NCBI GenBank assembly: GCA_035545355.1
Contig: DASZYM010000118.1
Span: 1 to 44,261 of the forward strand
Source of the DNA: Dongiaceae bacterium
GTDB taxonomy: Bacteria > Pseudomonadota > Alphaproteobacteria > Dongiales > Dongiaceae
Reading direction: 5' to 3'
DNA length: 44,261 nucleotides
In this document: piece by piece, positions 8,134 through 17,290 of the stretch
Position numbering within the stretch: position 1 is the first letter of the stretch
Layout of the letters: the number at the start of each line of letters is the position of its first letter
Made by a program: the position numbers and the translations under genes
Notes under the pieces: generated by a model
Database searches by the model: none
The model's input: only the letters and a program-made list of their open reading frames with translations
Told to the model about the DNA's origin: nothing

Positions 8134-9162
8134 ATGGAAGGCGACCCTTCCGCCGGCAAGCCGCCGACCATCCTCGACGTCGCCAAGCGCGCGGGCGTGT
8201 CGAAATCGACCGTCTCGAACGTGATCCGCGGCGCCCCCAACATCACGCCCAAGACCCAGGCCAAGGTCACCAAGGCGATCGAGGAGCTCGGCTACCGGCC
8301 CAACATCCTGGCGCGCCAGATGGTCCATCAGCGGACCACGATCCTCGGCGTCGTGGTCGGCGACCTCGCCAACCCGTTCTATGCCGAGATGGCCAAGCTG
8401 ATCGAGCGGTTCGCCGCGGCGCGCGGCTATCGGGTCATGTTCTGCAACACCCAGGGCGAGGAGGAGATCGAGGTCGCCGGGCTCGAAGGCATGATCGAGC
8501 AGCGGGTCGCCGGCATCATCTTCCTCGCCTATTCCGGCGCCTCGAACCGCCCGCGGACGCTGCTCGAAGGGCGCGTGCCCTCGGTCTTCGTCACCTGCTC
8601 GGCCGATTGGGGCGACGTGGTCTGCGCCGACGACGAGCGCGGCGCGCGGCTCGCGACCGAGCATCTGCTCGGCCTCGGCCATCAGCGGATCGCCTATTGC
8701 GCCGACCCGATCGTCGAGGACGCGACCGACCGCGCGCGCCAGGCCGGCTATCGCCAGACCATGGAGCGCGCCGGCCTCACCCCGGTCGTCTATCACTGGG
8801 AGCGCGCCGAGGCGCGGCTGCTGCGCGAGGCGCCGGTCGAGGAAGTGCTCACCGGACCGAACCGGCCGACCGCCTTCGTGTCGTCGAACGATCTCGGCGC
8901 CATCGACCTGCTCGACTGCGCCGACCACCTGGAGATCCCGGTGCCGCGCCGGCTCTCGGTCGTCGGCTTCGACAACGTGATGCTGGCCGGCCTCGCCCGC
9001 ATCAACCTCACCACCATCGCCCAGCCCAAGGAGATGCTGGCCCGCCTCTCGGTCGATACCCTGGCGGGCCGGATCGAAGGCGAGCTCAGCGGCGATCCGA
9101 TCCGCCAGACCGTGAGCTGCCGGCTGATCGTCCGCGGCTCGACCGCCCGCCCGCCGAAATAG
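8134..9162 (+). CDS. LacI family transcriptional regulator
   Basis: TILDVAKRAGVSKSTVSNV HTH, LGYRPN..AR hinge, LSVVGFDN, LTTIAQP, LIVRGST. Confidence 0.95.
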   Translation: MEGDPSAGKPPTILDVAKRAGVSKSTVSNVIRGAPNITPKTQAKVTKAIEELGYRPNILARQMVHQRTTILGVVVGDLANPFYAEMAKLIERFAAARGYRVMFCNTQGEEEIEVAGLEGMIEQRVAGIIFLAYSGASNRPRTLLEGRVPSVFVTCSADWGDVVCADDERGARLATEHLLGLGHQRIAYCADPIVEDATDRARQAGYRQTMERAGLTPVVYHWERAEARLLREAPVEEVLTGPNRPTAFVSSNDLGAIDLLDCADHLEIPVPRRLSVVGFDNVMLAGLARINLTTIAQPKEMLARLSVDTLAGRIEGELSGDPIRQTVSCRLIVRGSTARPPK

Positions 9163-9183
9163 CCCCGTCCCGGCCGGCCTCGC

Positions 9184-9229
9184 TTGACAAGCCAAATGCC
9201 TGATCGCTAGTATTTTGGAACGTTCCACA
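9184..9229 (+). promoter_or_regulatory. Promoter plus LacI-type operator, site 2
   Basis: TTGACA at 9184-9189, 18 nt, TAGTAT at 9208-9213. Operator TTTGGAACGTTCCACA at 9214-9229. Confidence 0.8.
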
Positions 9230-9256
9230 AGATAAAAACATTCAGGAAAGCGTTCC

Positions 9257-10390
9257 ATGCCGGGGAGGGTCAGAGTCGGGGTGATCGGTTGCGGGCTGAT
9301 TGCCCAGGTCATGCACCTGCATTACCTGCGCGAATTGGCCGACCGGTTCGAGATCGCGGCCCTGTGCGACGTGTCCGAGGAACTGGCGCAAGCCTGCGCC
9401 GGCGATTACGGCGTCCCCAGGATCTTCACCAAGTGGCAGGACCTGATCGCCGCCCCGCTCGATGCGGTGCTGATCCTCACCTCCGGGAGCCATGCGCCGA
9501 TCGCCATCGCCGCCGCGGAGGCCGGCAAGCACATGCTGATCGAGAAGCCGATGTGCTTCTCGGTCGCCGAGGGCAAGGAGATGATCGCCGCCGCCAGGCG
9601 CGCCGGCGTCACGCTGATGGTCGGCTACAACAAGCGCTACGATCCGGCCTACCAGCGGCTCTGCGACGAGATGGCTGCCGTCAAGGACCTGCGGCTGCTG
9701 CGGGTGACGACCTTGGAATCGCCGCTGCAGCCTTATGTCGCGCATTACCGGATGCACAAGTCGCCGGGCATCGCGCCGGAGCTCGCGGCGGCGTTCCAGG
9801 CGGACAACCAGGCCCGCATCCAGGCGGCGATCGGCGAGGCCGAGCCGCTGGCGCGCCAAGCCTATCATGCCGTGCTGCTCGACAGCATGGTGCATGAGTT
9901 CAACGCCATCCGCGGCGTGCTCGGCGAGCCGGATCGCATGGATTTCTCGCATATCCGCGACGGCGGGCTGACCACCGTGCTGCGCTTCGGCGCGACGGAA
10001 TGCATCGTCGCCTGGGTCGATCTGCCCGGCATCGCCCGCTACGAGATGGAGTTCGCGTTCTACGCGCCGAACCGGCGCCTCACGCTCTCCTTCCCTTCGC
10101 CCTTCCTGCGCAGCATGCCGACCCTGCTCCACGACGAAAGCGGCGAGGCGCCGTCCTCGCGCGCCTGGCGCAACGAGCAGGTCGTCTCCTACGCCGAGAG
10201 CTTCAAGGAGGAGCTGGTGCATTTCCACGATTGCATCGCCACCGGCCGCACGCCGATCACTTCGGGCGAGGACGCATTGCGCGACATCGCGCTCTGCGAG
10301 GCGGTGGTCGCGGCGCATCTCTCCCACGGCGCATGCGAGAAGCCGACCGACCCGGCGGCCTCGCGCTCGCGCCCGGTCGGAAAGCGCTGA
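9257..10390 (+). CDS. Gfo/Idh/MocA family oxidoreductase
   Basis: VGVIGCG, EKP, VGYNKRYDP and DSMVH motifs. Confidence 0.92.
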   Translation: MPGRVRVGVIGCGLIAQVMHLHYLRELADRFEIAALCDVSEELAQACAGDYGVPRIFTKWQDLIAAPLDAVLILTSGSHAPIAIAAAEAGKHMLIEKPMCFSVAEGKEMIAAARRAGVTLMVGYNKRYDPAYQRLCDEMAAVKDLRLLRVTTLESPLQPYVAHYRMHKSPGIAPELAAAFQADNQARIQAAIGEAEPLARQAYHAVLLDSMVHEFNAIRGVLGEPDRMDFSHIRDGGLTTVLRFGATECIVAWVDLPGIARYEMEFAFYAPNRRLTLSFPSPFLRSMPTLLHDESGEAPSSRAWRNEQVVSYAESFKEELVHFHDCIATGRTPITSGEDALRDIALCEAVVAAHLSHGACEKPTDPAASRSRPVGKR

Positions 10391-10393
10391 GCC

Positions 10394-11329
10394 ATGGCGA
10401 TCTTCCGCATCGGGCTTGTCGGCGCCGGCCGCATGGGCCGCACCCATATGCGCGCGCTGGCCGGCAGCGACGTGCTGCGCGTGGTCGCGGTCGCCGATCC
10501 GCTGGAAGCGGCCCGCGAAGCGGTCGAGGCGCCCGGCATCTCGGTGCATGCCGACCTCGCTTCCATGCTGCGGGCCGGCGGGCTCGACGGTGTGCTGATC
10601 GCCGCGTCGAGCGACACCCATCTCGCCAACATTGCCGTGCTGGCCGCGGCGGGGATCCCGATCCTCTGCGAGAAGCCCTGCGGCCTCAGCTCGAGCGAGG
10701 GCCGCGAGGCCGCCGCGATCGCCGCCAAGGCCAAGGTGCCGCTGCAGGTCGCCTATTGGCGCCGCTTCGTGCCGAGCCTGAAGAAATTGAAGGCGCGCAT
10801 CGTCGCCGGCGAAATGGGCGAGATCTATCTGGCCGCCTGCTACCAGTGGGACCAGCAGCCGCCGCCGGCGAGCTTCCGCACGCGCAGCGGCGGCATCTTC
10901 ATGGACATGGCGGTGCACGAATTCGACCAGATCCGCTGGCTCTCCGGCCAGGAGATCGGCGAGATCCAGGCGGTCGCCGCGGGCATCGCCTCGGACCCGC
11001 CGGTCGCCGGCGATGCGGAGAGCGCCCAGGTGCTCTGCACCCTGTCCGGCGGCACGACCGGCCTGGTCTCGCTCGGCCGACGCTTCCCTTTGGGCGACGT
11101 ATGCAAGGTCGAGGTGTTCGGCACGGCGGATGCGGAGGAATGCCGCTTCCTCTGGCCGCCTTCGGCCGATGAGACCTTCCTCGGCGCGTTGCGGCTGCAA
11201 GCGGAGAGCTTCGTGCGCTGGGTCGGCGGCGGTCCGGCGGAAGGTGCGAGCGCGCTGGATGCCGTCGCGGCGATCGACGCCGCCGAACGCGCCTCGCAGA
11301 TCCTGAAGAACAAGGGGGAGAAGACGTGA
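10394..11329 (+). CDS. Gfo/Idh/MocA family oxidoreductase (inositol 2-dehydrogenase-like)
   Basis: IGLVGAGRMG, CEKP, RRF, and SGGIFMDMAVHEFD (IolG-type motif). Confidence 0.9.
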   Translation: MAIFRIGLVGAGRMGRTHMRALAGSDVLRVVAVADPLEAAREAVEAPGISVHADLASMLRAGGLDGVLIAASSDTHLANIAVLAAAGIPILCEKPCGLSSSEGREAAAIAAKAKVPLQVAYWRRFVPSLKKLKARIVAGEMGEIYLAACYQWDQQPPPASFRTRSGGIFMDMAVHEFDQIRWLSGQEIGEIQAVAAGIASDPPVAGDAESAQVLCTLSGGTTGLVSLGRRFPLGDVCKVEVFGTADAEECRFLWPPSADETFLGALRLQAESFVRWVGGGPAEGASALDAVAAIDAAERASQILKNKGEKT

Positions 11330-12471
11330 TGGCTGCGCAGCCCGAGGTCCGGATCGGCATCATCGGCTATGGGATGATGGGCAAGGCCCATTCCTACGGC
11401 TATCGCGAGGCGCCGCGGCTGCGCGAGCTGCCGGTCCGCCCGCGCCTCCAGGTGATCAGCGGCCGCCGCCGCGAGTTGGTGGAGAAGGCGGCCTCCGCCT
11501 ATGGCATCGAGGAGGTCGTCACCGACTGGCGCAAGATCATCGAGCGCAAGGATATCGACATGGTCGATATCTGCACCCCGCCCGGCACCCATGCCGAGAT
11601 CGCGGCCGCGGCCGCGGCGGCGGGCAAGGCGGTCTTCACCGAGAAGCCGTTCGCCATCGACTATGCCGACGGCAAGAAGGCGGTCGATGCCGCGCAGCGC
11701 GCCGGCGTGCTGAATGCGGTGGGCTTCAACTATCGCCGCCTGCCGGCGGTCTCGCTGATGAAGCGCATGATCGACGAGGGTGCCGTCGGCAAGGTGCAGC
11801 TCTGGCGCGGCTGCTGGCTTTCCGACGAGTTCGTCGATCCGACGATCCCGTTCGACTGGCGCTTCGAGCGGAAGATGGGCGGGACCACGATCGCCGATCT
11901 CGGCAGCCACATGATCGACATGGCGCTCTGGATGGTCGGCGCGGTCGCCGAGGTGAGCGCGCAATCCGCGACCTTCGTGCCCGAGCGGGCCAATCCGGAA
12001 AAGCCCGGCGCGCAGCGGAAGGTCGAGATCGACGATGCCTCCTCGGCGCTGATGAATTTCGCCAATGGCTGCCGCGGCGTGCTGGAGATGGCGCGGAGCT
12101 GCGTGCGCCGCCCCTGCGATTTCACCATCGAGGTCAACGGCACCAAGGGCACCTTGCGCTTCGACTATGCGCGGCTCAACGAGCTGCTCTATGGCGATGG
12201 CGGCGATGCCGCCGGTCTCTACGGCATGCGGCGTATCCGCGCCGAGCATCCGACCCATCCCTACGCCGCCAGTTGGTGGCCGATCGGCCAGGGCGTCGGT
12301 TACGGATCGAGCTTCGTCAACCAGTTCGCCGATCTGCTCCAGGCCTGGCCCAAGGGCCCCTGGGATCCCGACTTCCGCCAGGGCCTCGCGGTGCAAGGAG
12401 TCTGCGACGCCATGGAACGCGCCGCCGCCGAACGCCGCTGGGTCAAGATCAGCGAGATCACCGGCGCGTAG
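11326..12471 (+). CDS. Gfo/Idh/MocA family oxidoreductase, levoglucosan/glycoside 3-dehydrogenase-like
   Basis: IGIIGYGMMGKAHS, EKP, GFNYRR.PAV, DP..P..WRF, DLGSH.ID, HPY...WP...GVGYG resemble levoglucosan dehydrogenase as recalled. Confidence 0.88.
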   Translation: MMAAQPEVRIGIIGYGMMGKAHSYGYREAPRLRELPVRPRLQVISGRRRELVEKAASAYGIEEVVTDWRKIIERKDIDMVDICTPPGTHAEIAAAAAAAGKAVFTEKPFAIDYADGKKAVDAAQRAGVLNAVGFNYRRLPAVSLMKRMIDEGAVGKVQLWRGCWLSDEFVDPTIPFDWRFERKMGGTTIADLGSHMIDMALWMVGAVAEVSAQSATFVPERANPEKPGAQRKVEIDDASSALMNFANGCRGVLEMARSCVRRPCDFTIEVNGTKGTLRFDYARLNELLYGDGGDAAGLYGMRRIRAEHPTHPYAASWWPIGQGVGYGSSFVNQFADLLQAWPKGPWDPDFRQGLAVQGVCDAMERAAAERRWVKISEITGA

Positions 12472-12693
12472 ACACAGGCATCATTGCCGGCCTCGACCCG
12501 GCAATCTCGTGCCCGTCCTGCCATCAGATACAGACGTCATTGCCGGCCTCGACCCGGCAATCTCGTGCCCGTCCTGCCATCAGACACAGACGTCATTGCC
12601 GGGCTTCACCCGGCAATCTCGTGCTCGTCCTGCCACCAGACACAGGCGTCATTGCCGGGCTCGACCCGGCAATCTCGTGCCAATCCTGCCACC
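12470..12693. repeat. Tandem array of four 56-bp units, each with a REP-like hairpin
   Basis: Units start at 12470, 12526, 12582 and 12638. Core RTCATTGCCGG(C/G)CTYSACCCGGCAATC. A truncated inverse half (GATGCCCGGTCAAGC) follows at about 12695-12709. Confidence 0.93.
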
Positions 12694-12729
12694 AGATGCC
12701 CGGTCAAGCTCGAACCGAGGATTCAATCC

Positions 12730-12758
12730 TTGCAAAAGAACAAAAGACGAACTATACT
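12730..12758 (+). promoter_or_regulatory. Sigma70-like promoter with an alphaproteobacterial LexA (SOS) box in its spacer
   Basis: TTGCAA at 12730-12735, 17 nt, TATACT at 12753-12758. GAAC-aaaagac-GAAC at 12738-12752 fits GAAC-N7-GAAC. Confidence 0.7.
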
Positions 12759-13010
12759 CCATCTCGCGCATGAGAATCTGCGCGCGCTCATCCACAAAAT
12801 TAAAATCCCTCGTTCTTGCAGCCGCGCACTTTGCTTGAGGCTCTGCGCCGGTGCCTTTTGCACAGTCCAACTTAGACCGGGCCTAGACAAAACAAGGAAA
12901 ACGGCTTGACCCCCGCGGATCGGGCTAAGCTCTTCACATCCCAGGAAGGTTTCCACCTTGACGCCCCCTCGAAACCGCCCCGGGCCGTAAAGGTACAGGG
13001 CCGAGGCCGG

Positions 13011-14180
13011 TCAGGCGTAGGCGCGCGGGCGCTTGGTCGGGACGGCGTCCAGGTCCTCGACGAAGACGATGTCCTCGGGACGCCAGTCGAGCTTCACGAT
13101 CGCGCCCGGGCGGAGGTTCTCCTCGCCGAGCCGGGCCGCCTCCTCGATGGTGACGGCGGCGCGGATCTCGAGCTCGGCGCCGACGCGCACATGCAGGTTG
13201 AAGATCGAGCCGGTGAAGACCAGGCGCTCGATCGTGCCGCGCACGCCGGACTGCCCGGCGCCGTTCAGGGCGCTGACCTTGATCCGGTTGCGCGGCAGCA
13301 TCGCCGCGATCGCGGCCACGCCGTCGAGATAGGCCGGGAGGGTGCCGCGGAACTGCACGTCGGGATGCGCCACCTCGATCGCGCCGCCGTCGCGGCTGTT
13401 GCGGCCGCGCACGATCGTGCCGGCATCGATGAAGCCGGCGACGTAGGAATTGCGCGGCGTGCGATAGAGCGCCTCCGGCGTGTCGATCTGCACGATCATG
13501 CCGTCCTTCATGACGGCGATCCGGTCGGCGATCGCGCAGGCCTCTTCCTGATCGTGGGTGACGTGGATCAGCGTGGTTCCGGTCGATTGCTTGATGCGGA
13601 CCAGCTCGTCCTGCATCTGGCGCCGGACCTTGAGGTCGAGCGCGCCCAGCGGCTCGTCGAGCAGCAGCACCGCCGGCCGCTTCACCAGCGCCCGGGCGAG
13701 CGCCACGCGCTGCTGCTGGCCGCCGGAGAGCTCCGAGATCCGGCGCCGTTCCATGCCGCCGAGGCCGACCAGCGCCAGGGTTTCCTTCACCCGCCGGTCC
13801 CGCTCCGCGGCGGGCACGCCGTCCATCTTGAGGCCGTAGCCGACATTGCCGTCGACACGCATATGCGGGAACAGCGCGTAGCTCTGGAACACGGTGTTGG
13901 TCGGGCGCTCATAGGGCTGGCGCCGGGTGACATCCACGCCCTCGATCTCGATCCGGCCGGTGGTGGGCTCGGCGAAACCGCCGATGATGCGCAAGGTGGT
14001 GGTCTTGCCGCAGCCGCTGGCCCCGAGCAGCGCGAAGAGCTCGCCGCGGTTGACCGAGAACGAGACGCCGACCGTCGGCGAGCCCACGGCATAGAGGTGC
14101 TGGCCGGTATAGCGGACCCGGAGGTCGGTGCAGGTCAATGCGGGGCGCCCCGGCATCTCCTGCTCTCGATCGGTATGCAT
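13011..14180 (-). CDS. ABC transporter ATP-binding protein, PotA (polyamine) type
   Basis: GASGCGKTT, NTVFQSYALFPHM, LSGGQQQRVALARAL, LLLDEPLGALD, VTHDQEEA and a TOBE-like tail. A GAGGAGG RBS supports a start at TTG 14186 or ATG 14180, not the 15704 given in the track. Confidence 0.93.
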   Translation of the reverse strand: MHTDREQEMPGRPALTCTDLRVRYTGQHLYAVGSPTVGVSFSVNRGELFALLGASGCGKTTTLRIIGGFAEPTTGRIEIEGVDVTRRQPYERPTNTVFQSYALFPHMRVDGNVGYGLKMDGVPAAERDRRVKETLALVGLGGMERRRISELSGGQQQRVALARALVKRPAVLLLDEPLGALDLKVRRQMQDELVRIKQSTGTTLIHVTHDQEEACAIADRIAVMKDGMIVQIDTPEALYRTPRNSYVAGFIDAGTIVRGRNSRDGGAIEVAHPDVQFRGTLPAYLDGVAAIAAMLPRNRIKVSALNGAGQSGVRGTIERLVFTGSIFNLHVRVGAELEIRAAVTIEEAARLGEENLRPGAIVKLDWRPEDIVFVEDLDAVPTKRPRAYA

Positions 14181-14212
14181 GCTCAAGACAATGCCTCCTC
14201 TGCGATCGCGGC

Positions 14213-16018
14213 CTACCCGCCCGCTCGCGCGCGGCCGCGCAGTCTCTCCCGCCCGGTGGCGATCAGCGCGCCGATGGTCAGGAGCGCGAACGAGGCGCCC
14301 AGCATCAGCGCCGAGATCGCGTTGAGCGCGGGCGTCACGCGGATCCGCAACGAGCTGAAGATGTAGAGCGGCAGCGTCTGCTGCGAGCCGGTGACCAGGA
14401 AGGTGAGGATGAACTCGTCGAGCGAGATCGCGAACGCGATCATCACCCCGGCCAGGATCCCCGGCAAAGCCTGCGGCACCGAGATGGTCAGGAAGGCGCG
14501 CCACGGCCGGGCGCCGAGGTCCATCGCCGCGGTCTCCTGGTTGCGGTCGAGCCCTTCCAGCCGCACCAGGATCATCAAGGTGACGACCGGCAGCGTCAGG
14601 ATGGTATGGCCGGCGATGATGGTCCAGAGGCCGCGCTGAATGCCGACCGCATGCAGGCCGACGATGATCGCCAGCCCGAGCACCAAAGGCGGCAGGAACA
14701 GGGGAACCGAGATCATCCCGAGATTGAAGGATCGCATGCTGCCCCTCACGCGCACGATCTGCACCGCCGCCAGCGTGCCGAGTGCCGCACTGATGAGAAC
14801 GGCGGAGACGGCGACCTTCAGGCTGGTCCAGAGCGCGTCCAGCAGGACCGCGTTGTTGATCACCTCCCCGAACCAGCGGGTGGTGAAGCCGATGAACGGC
14901 AGGCCGCTTTCCTCGGAGCTGTTGAACGCCAGCAGCACGAGCAGCGCCGGCGGCGTGTAGAGGAAGATGAGATAGAGGATCGAGTAGCCGAACAGCACCG
15001 GTGCGCGCCGATGCGTGTATCCGCCGGTATATTCGCCGGCCGCATCGACTCCGCCGACGATCGCCCGCAGCACGATCACCAGCAGCAGGATGGCGACCAG
15101 GAACAGCACCGCGAGCGCGCCGCCGAATCCCCATTGCAGGGAGTAGCCGAATTGGTTCGTGATCAGGTTCGCATAGAGGGTGCCGCTGGTCCCGCCGATG
15201 AGCTGCGGCGTCGCGTAGTCGCCCAGCATGCCGATGAAGGCGAAGATGAAGCCGGCGACGATGCCGGAACGCGCGGTCGGCAGGGTGATCGTCACCAGCT
15301 TGCGCCACGGCCGCGCGCCGAGATCGGCGGCGGCGTCCTGCATCGCGGGGTTGATCCGCTCGATGGCGATGTAGGTCGCGAGGAAAGAGAGTGGAAACAG
15401 GAGGTACACGAAGGTGATGATGATCGCCGGTTTGCCGAAGCCGAAGAACTCGAGCGGCGCATTGATCAGGCCCGTCTCCAGCAGCGCCTGGTTGATCAGC
15501 CCTTGATCGCCGAACATGTTGAGCCAGGCGAGCACCCGGATCAGGTAGCTGGTCCAGAACGGAATGATCGCGATCAGGATCCAGCCGAGCCTTTTGGTCG
15601 GCGGCACCTTGGCCGCCACGAAATAGGCGAACGGGAAGCTGAGCACCACGGTGAGCCCGGATGCCAGCGCGCAGAGTCCGAAGGACCGCAGCAGCATCCG
15701 CCAATAGGCCTCGCCGGTGAAGAACCGGATGTAGTTGGCCATGGTCCAGTCATGGACGATCCGTCCGTTCACCGTCGGCCAGAAGGAATAAACGATGAGG
15801 ACGGCAAGCGGCGCGAAGAACCCGATCGCCACCGCCAGCACCGCCGGCAGTGGAAGCAGCGGATTCTCCAGGCCGCGGCCGAGGCGGCGCCCGACCGGCG
15901 GGACCGATGTCGTCGGCATCGATCCCGCTGCAATCGGTCCCGCCGGGGTCGAACCCGCTGGGGTCGAACCTGCTGGGCCGGGCTGCGCTCCGGCAGTCGG
16001 CGACTGAACCTCGTCCAT
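14213..16018 (-). CDS. ABC transporter permease, PotB and PotC fused in one polypeptide
   Basis: Two permease modules, each with an EAA-like loop (DAAADLGARPW and TAAMDLGARPW); PFWTSYLIR (PotB-like) and SLDEF (PotC-like). Start ATG 16018 after GGAG. Confidence 0.9.
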   Translation of the reverse strand: MDEVQSPTAGAQPGPAGSTPAGSTPAGPIAAGSMPTTSVPPVGRRLGRGLENPLLPLPAVLAVAIGFFAPLAVLIVYSFWPTVNGRIVHDWTMANYIRFFTGEAYWRMLLRSFGLCALASGLTVVLSFPFAYFVAAKVPPTKRLGWILIAIIPFWTSYLIRVLAWLNMFGDQGLINQALLETGLINAPLEFFGFGKPAIIITFVYLLFPLSFLATYIAIERINPAMQDAAADLGARPWRKLVTITLPTARSGIVAGFIFAFIGMLGDYATPQLIGGTSGTLYANLITNQFGYSLQWGFGGALAVLFLVAILLLVIVLRAIVGGVDAAGEYTGGYTHRRAPVLFGYSILYLIFLYTPPALLVLLAFNSSEESGLPFIGFTTRWFGEVINNAVLLDALWTSLKVAVSAVLISAALGTLAAVQIVRVRGSMRSFNLGMISVPLFLPPLVLGLAIIVGLHAVGIQRGLWTIIAGHTILTLPVVTLMILVRLEGLDRNQETAAMDLGARPWRAFLTISVPQALPGILAGVMIAFAISLDEFILTFLVTGSQQTLPLYIFSSLRIRVTPALNAISALMLGASFALLTIGALIATGRERLRGRARAGG

Positions 16019-16078
16019 CAGCACTCCGGACACTCAGCCAAGGCGCGTCGCTCGCCTCGGTCGAGCCTTGGCGCGGAA

Positions 16079-17260
16079 TTAATCGGCAAGCACCGCGTCG
16101 TAGGCCGCAGCCCATTCCGGCGGATTGTTCGAAGGCGCCTGGAACAGCATGTTGGTCGCGAGCTCCGGCTTCATGCCGCCGAGCGAATCGTAGACCGGGG
16201 CGTTCAGCTTGTCGCCGGCCTTCATGATGCGCTCCGAGGTGGTCTGGCTCGCCATGCCGAAGACATTGGCCTGCCAGAGCCAGTCCTGCATGTCCGGGTC
16301 GCCCATCAGGAAGTCGATGAACTTGAGCGCATTGGCGCGGTTCTTGGCGCCCTTGACGAGCTGCGGGCCGTCGACCCAGCCGAGCGCCCCCTCGCTCGGG
16401 AGCTGGATCTCCGCCACGTTCTTGCCGGCCTTCTGGTTGATCCGGTAGGCGAGGCCGAGGCTGGTCGCCTGGCCGACGACGGCTTTCCCAGTGCGGATCG
16501 CGTCGGCGGTGACGGCATCGGAGCTGTTGCTGATCTGGAACGGCTTCAGCTGCCGCAGATAGTCCGCCGCCTTCTTCAGGCTGTCGCCGGTCATCGAGTA
16601 GATCTGGTCCCGGGGCACGCCCAGAGCGAGACCGGCGATGCTCAGGAAATCGTCGCCCGCACCCTGCACGATGACCTTGCCTTTCGGCGCATCCCAGAGC
16701 GACTTCCAGGAATAGGGCTCCGGGACCTTGAACAGCTCGGTGTTCCAGCAGATGCCGAAGGAGGCCCACATGCTCGGATAGAGCAGCGCCTTGCCGTCCT
16801 GGGTGAGGTACGGGAAGGTCGTGTTGGTCTTGAAGATCGGCCAGAGGTTCTTCGAAGCCGGGATCTCGCCGAGATCCATCGGCTCGGTCAGGTCGGCCTT
16901 GTGATAGGTCGGACAGAAGCCGGCGTTGGCGAACACGATGTCGTACTGGTCGCCGCCGCCCGCCGACACTTTGGTGAACATGTCCTGATCGGAATCCGCG
17001 GGGATGCCGCGCATGGCGATTCCGGTCTTGGCGGTAAAGCGCTTCTGGATCTCCGGATCGACGTAGTTCTCCCAGGCCATCACGACGACCTCGCCGTTAT
17101 CCGCCCGGCTCGACCTGGAGAATCCCGAGATGCCCCCGAGCGCCAGGGCACCCGCCGATCCCGCGACGAAAGCGCGGCGCGAGATCCCCGCCTTGGCCGC
17201 TTTCGACTTCGATGAACCCCGCCTCGGGGATGCCATCGCGCCTTTTGTTTTATTCGCCAT
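16079..17260 (-). CDS. ABC substrate-binding protein, PotD/PotF type, with a Tat signal peptide
   Basis: SRRAFVAG twin-arginine motif; AWENYVDP, F...TGI, YDIV, SWKSLWD, PSEGALGWVDG, NALKFIDFL. Confidence 0.9.
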   Translation of the reverse strand: MANKTKGAMASPRRGSSKSKAAKAGISRRAFVAGSAGALALGGISGFSRSSRADNGEVVVMAWENYVDPEIQKRFTAKTGIAMRGIPADSDQDMFTKVSAGGGDQYDIVFANAGFCPTYHKADLTEPMDLGEIPASKNLWPIFKTNTTFPYLTQDGKALLYPSMWASFGICWNTELFKVPEPYSWKSLWDAPKGKVIVQGAGDDFLSIAGLALGVPRDQIYSMTGDSLKKAADYLRQLKPFQISNSSDAVTADAIRTGKAVVGQATSLGLAYRINQKAGKNVAEIQLPSEGALGWVDGPQLVKGAKNRANALKFIDFLMGDPDMQDWLWQANVFGMASQTTSERIMKAGDKLNAPVYDSLGGMKPELATNMLFQAPSNNPPEWAAAYDAVLAD

Positions 17261-17290
17261 CGCTACTCCCTCCCTTTTGTCCGTTCATCT

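Noticed and set aside
12470-12693. CRISPR array (regularly spaced palindromic repeats)
   Set aside because: The sequences between hairpins are near-identical, not unique spacers, and there are no cas genes in the window. It is a tandem REP-like repeat.
13011-15704. 897-aa ABC ATPase with a long N-terminal extension
   Set aside because: The extension is an off-frame overlap with the permease gene. A GAGGAGG RBS precedes the real start at about 14180-14186.
14138-17215. 1025-aa plus-strand ORF (likewise 3088-5028, 6751-9312, 9242-11200, 35419-37140)
   Set aside because: These are antisense shadows of well-supported genes, typical of high-GC codon bias, with no recognisable motifs.
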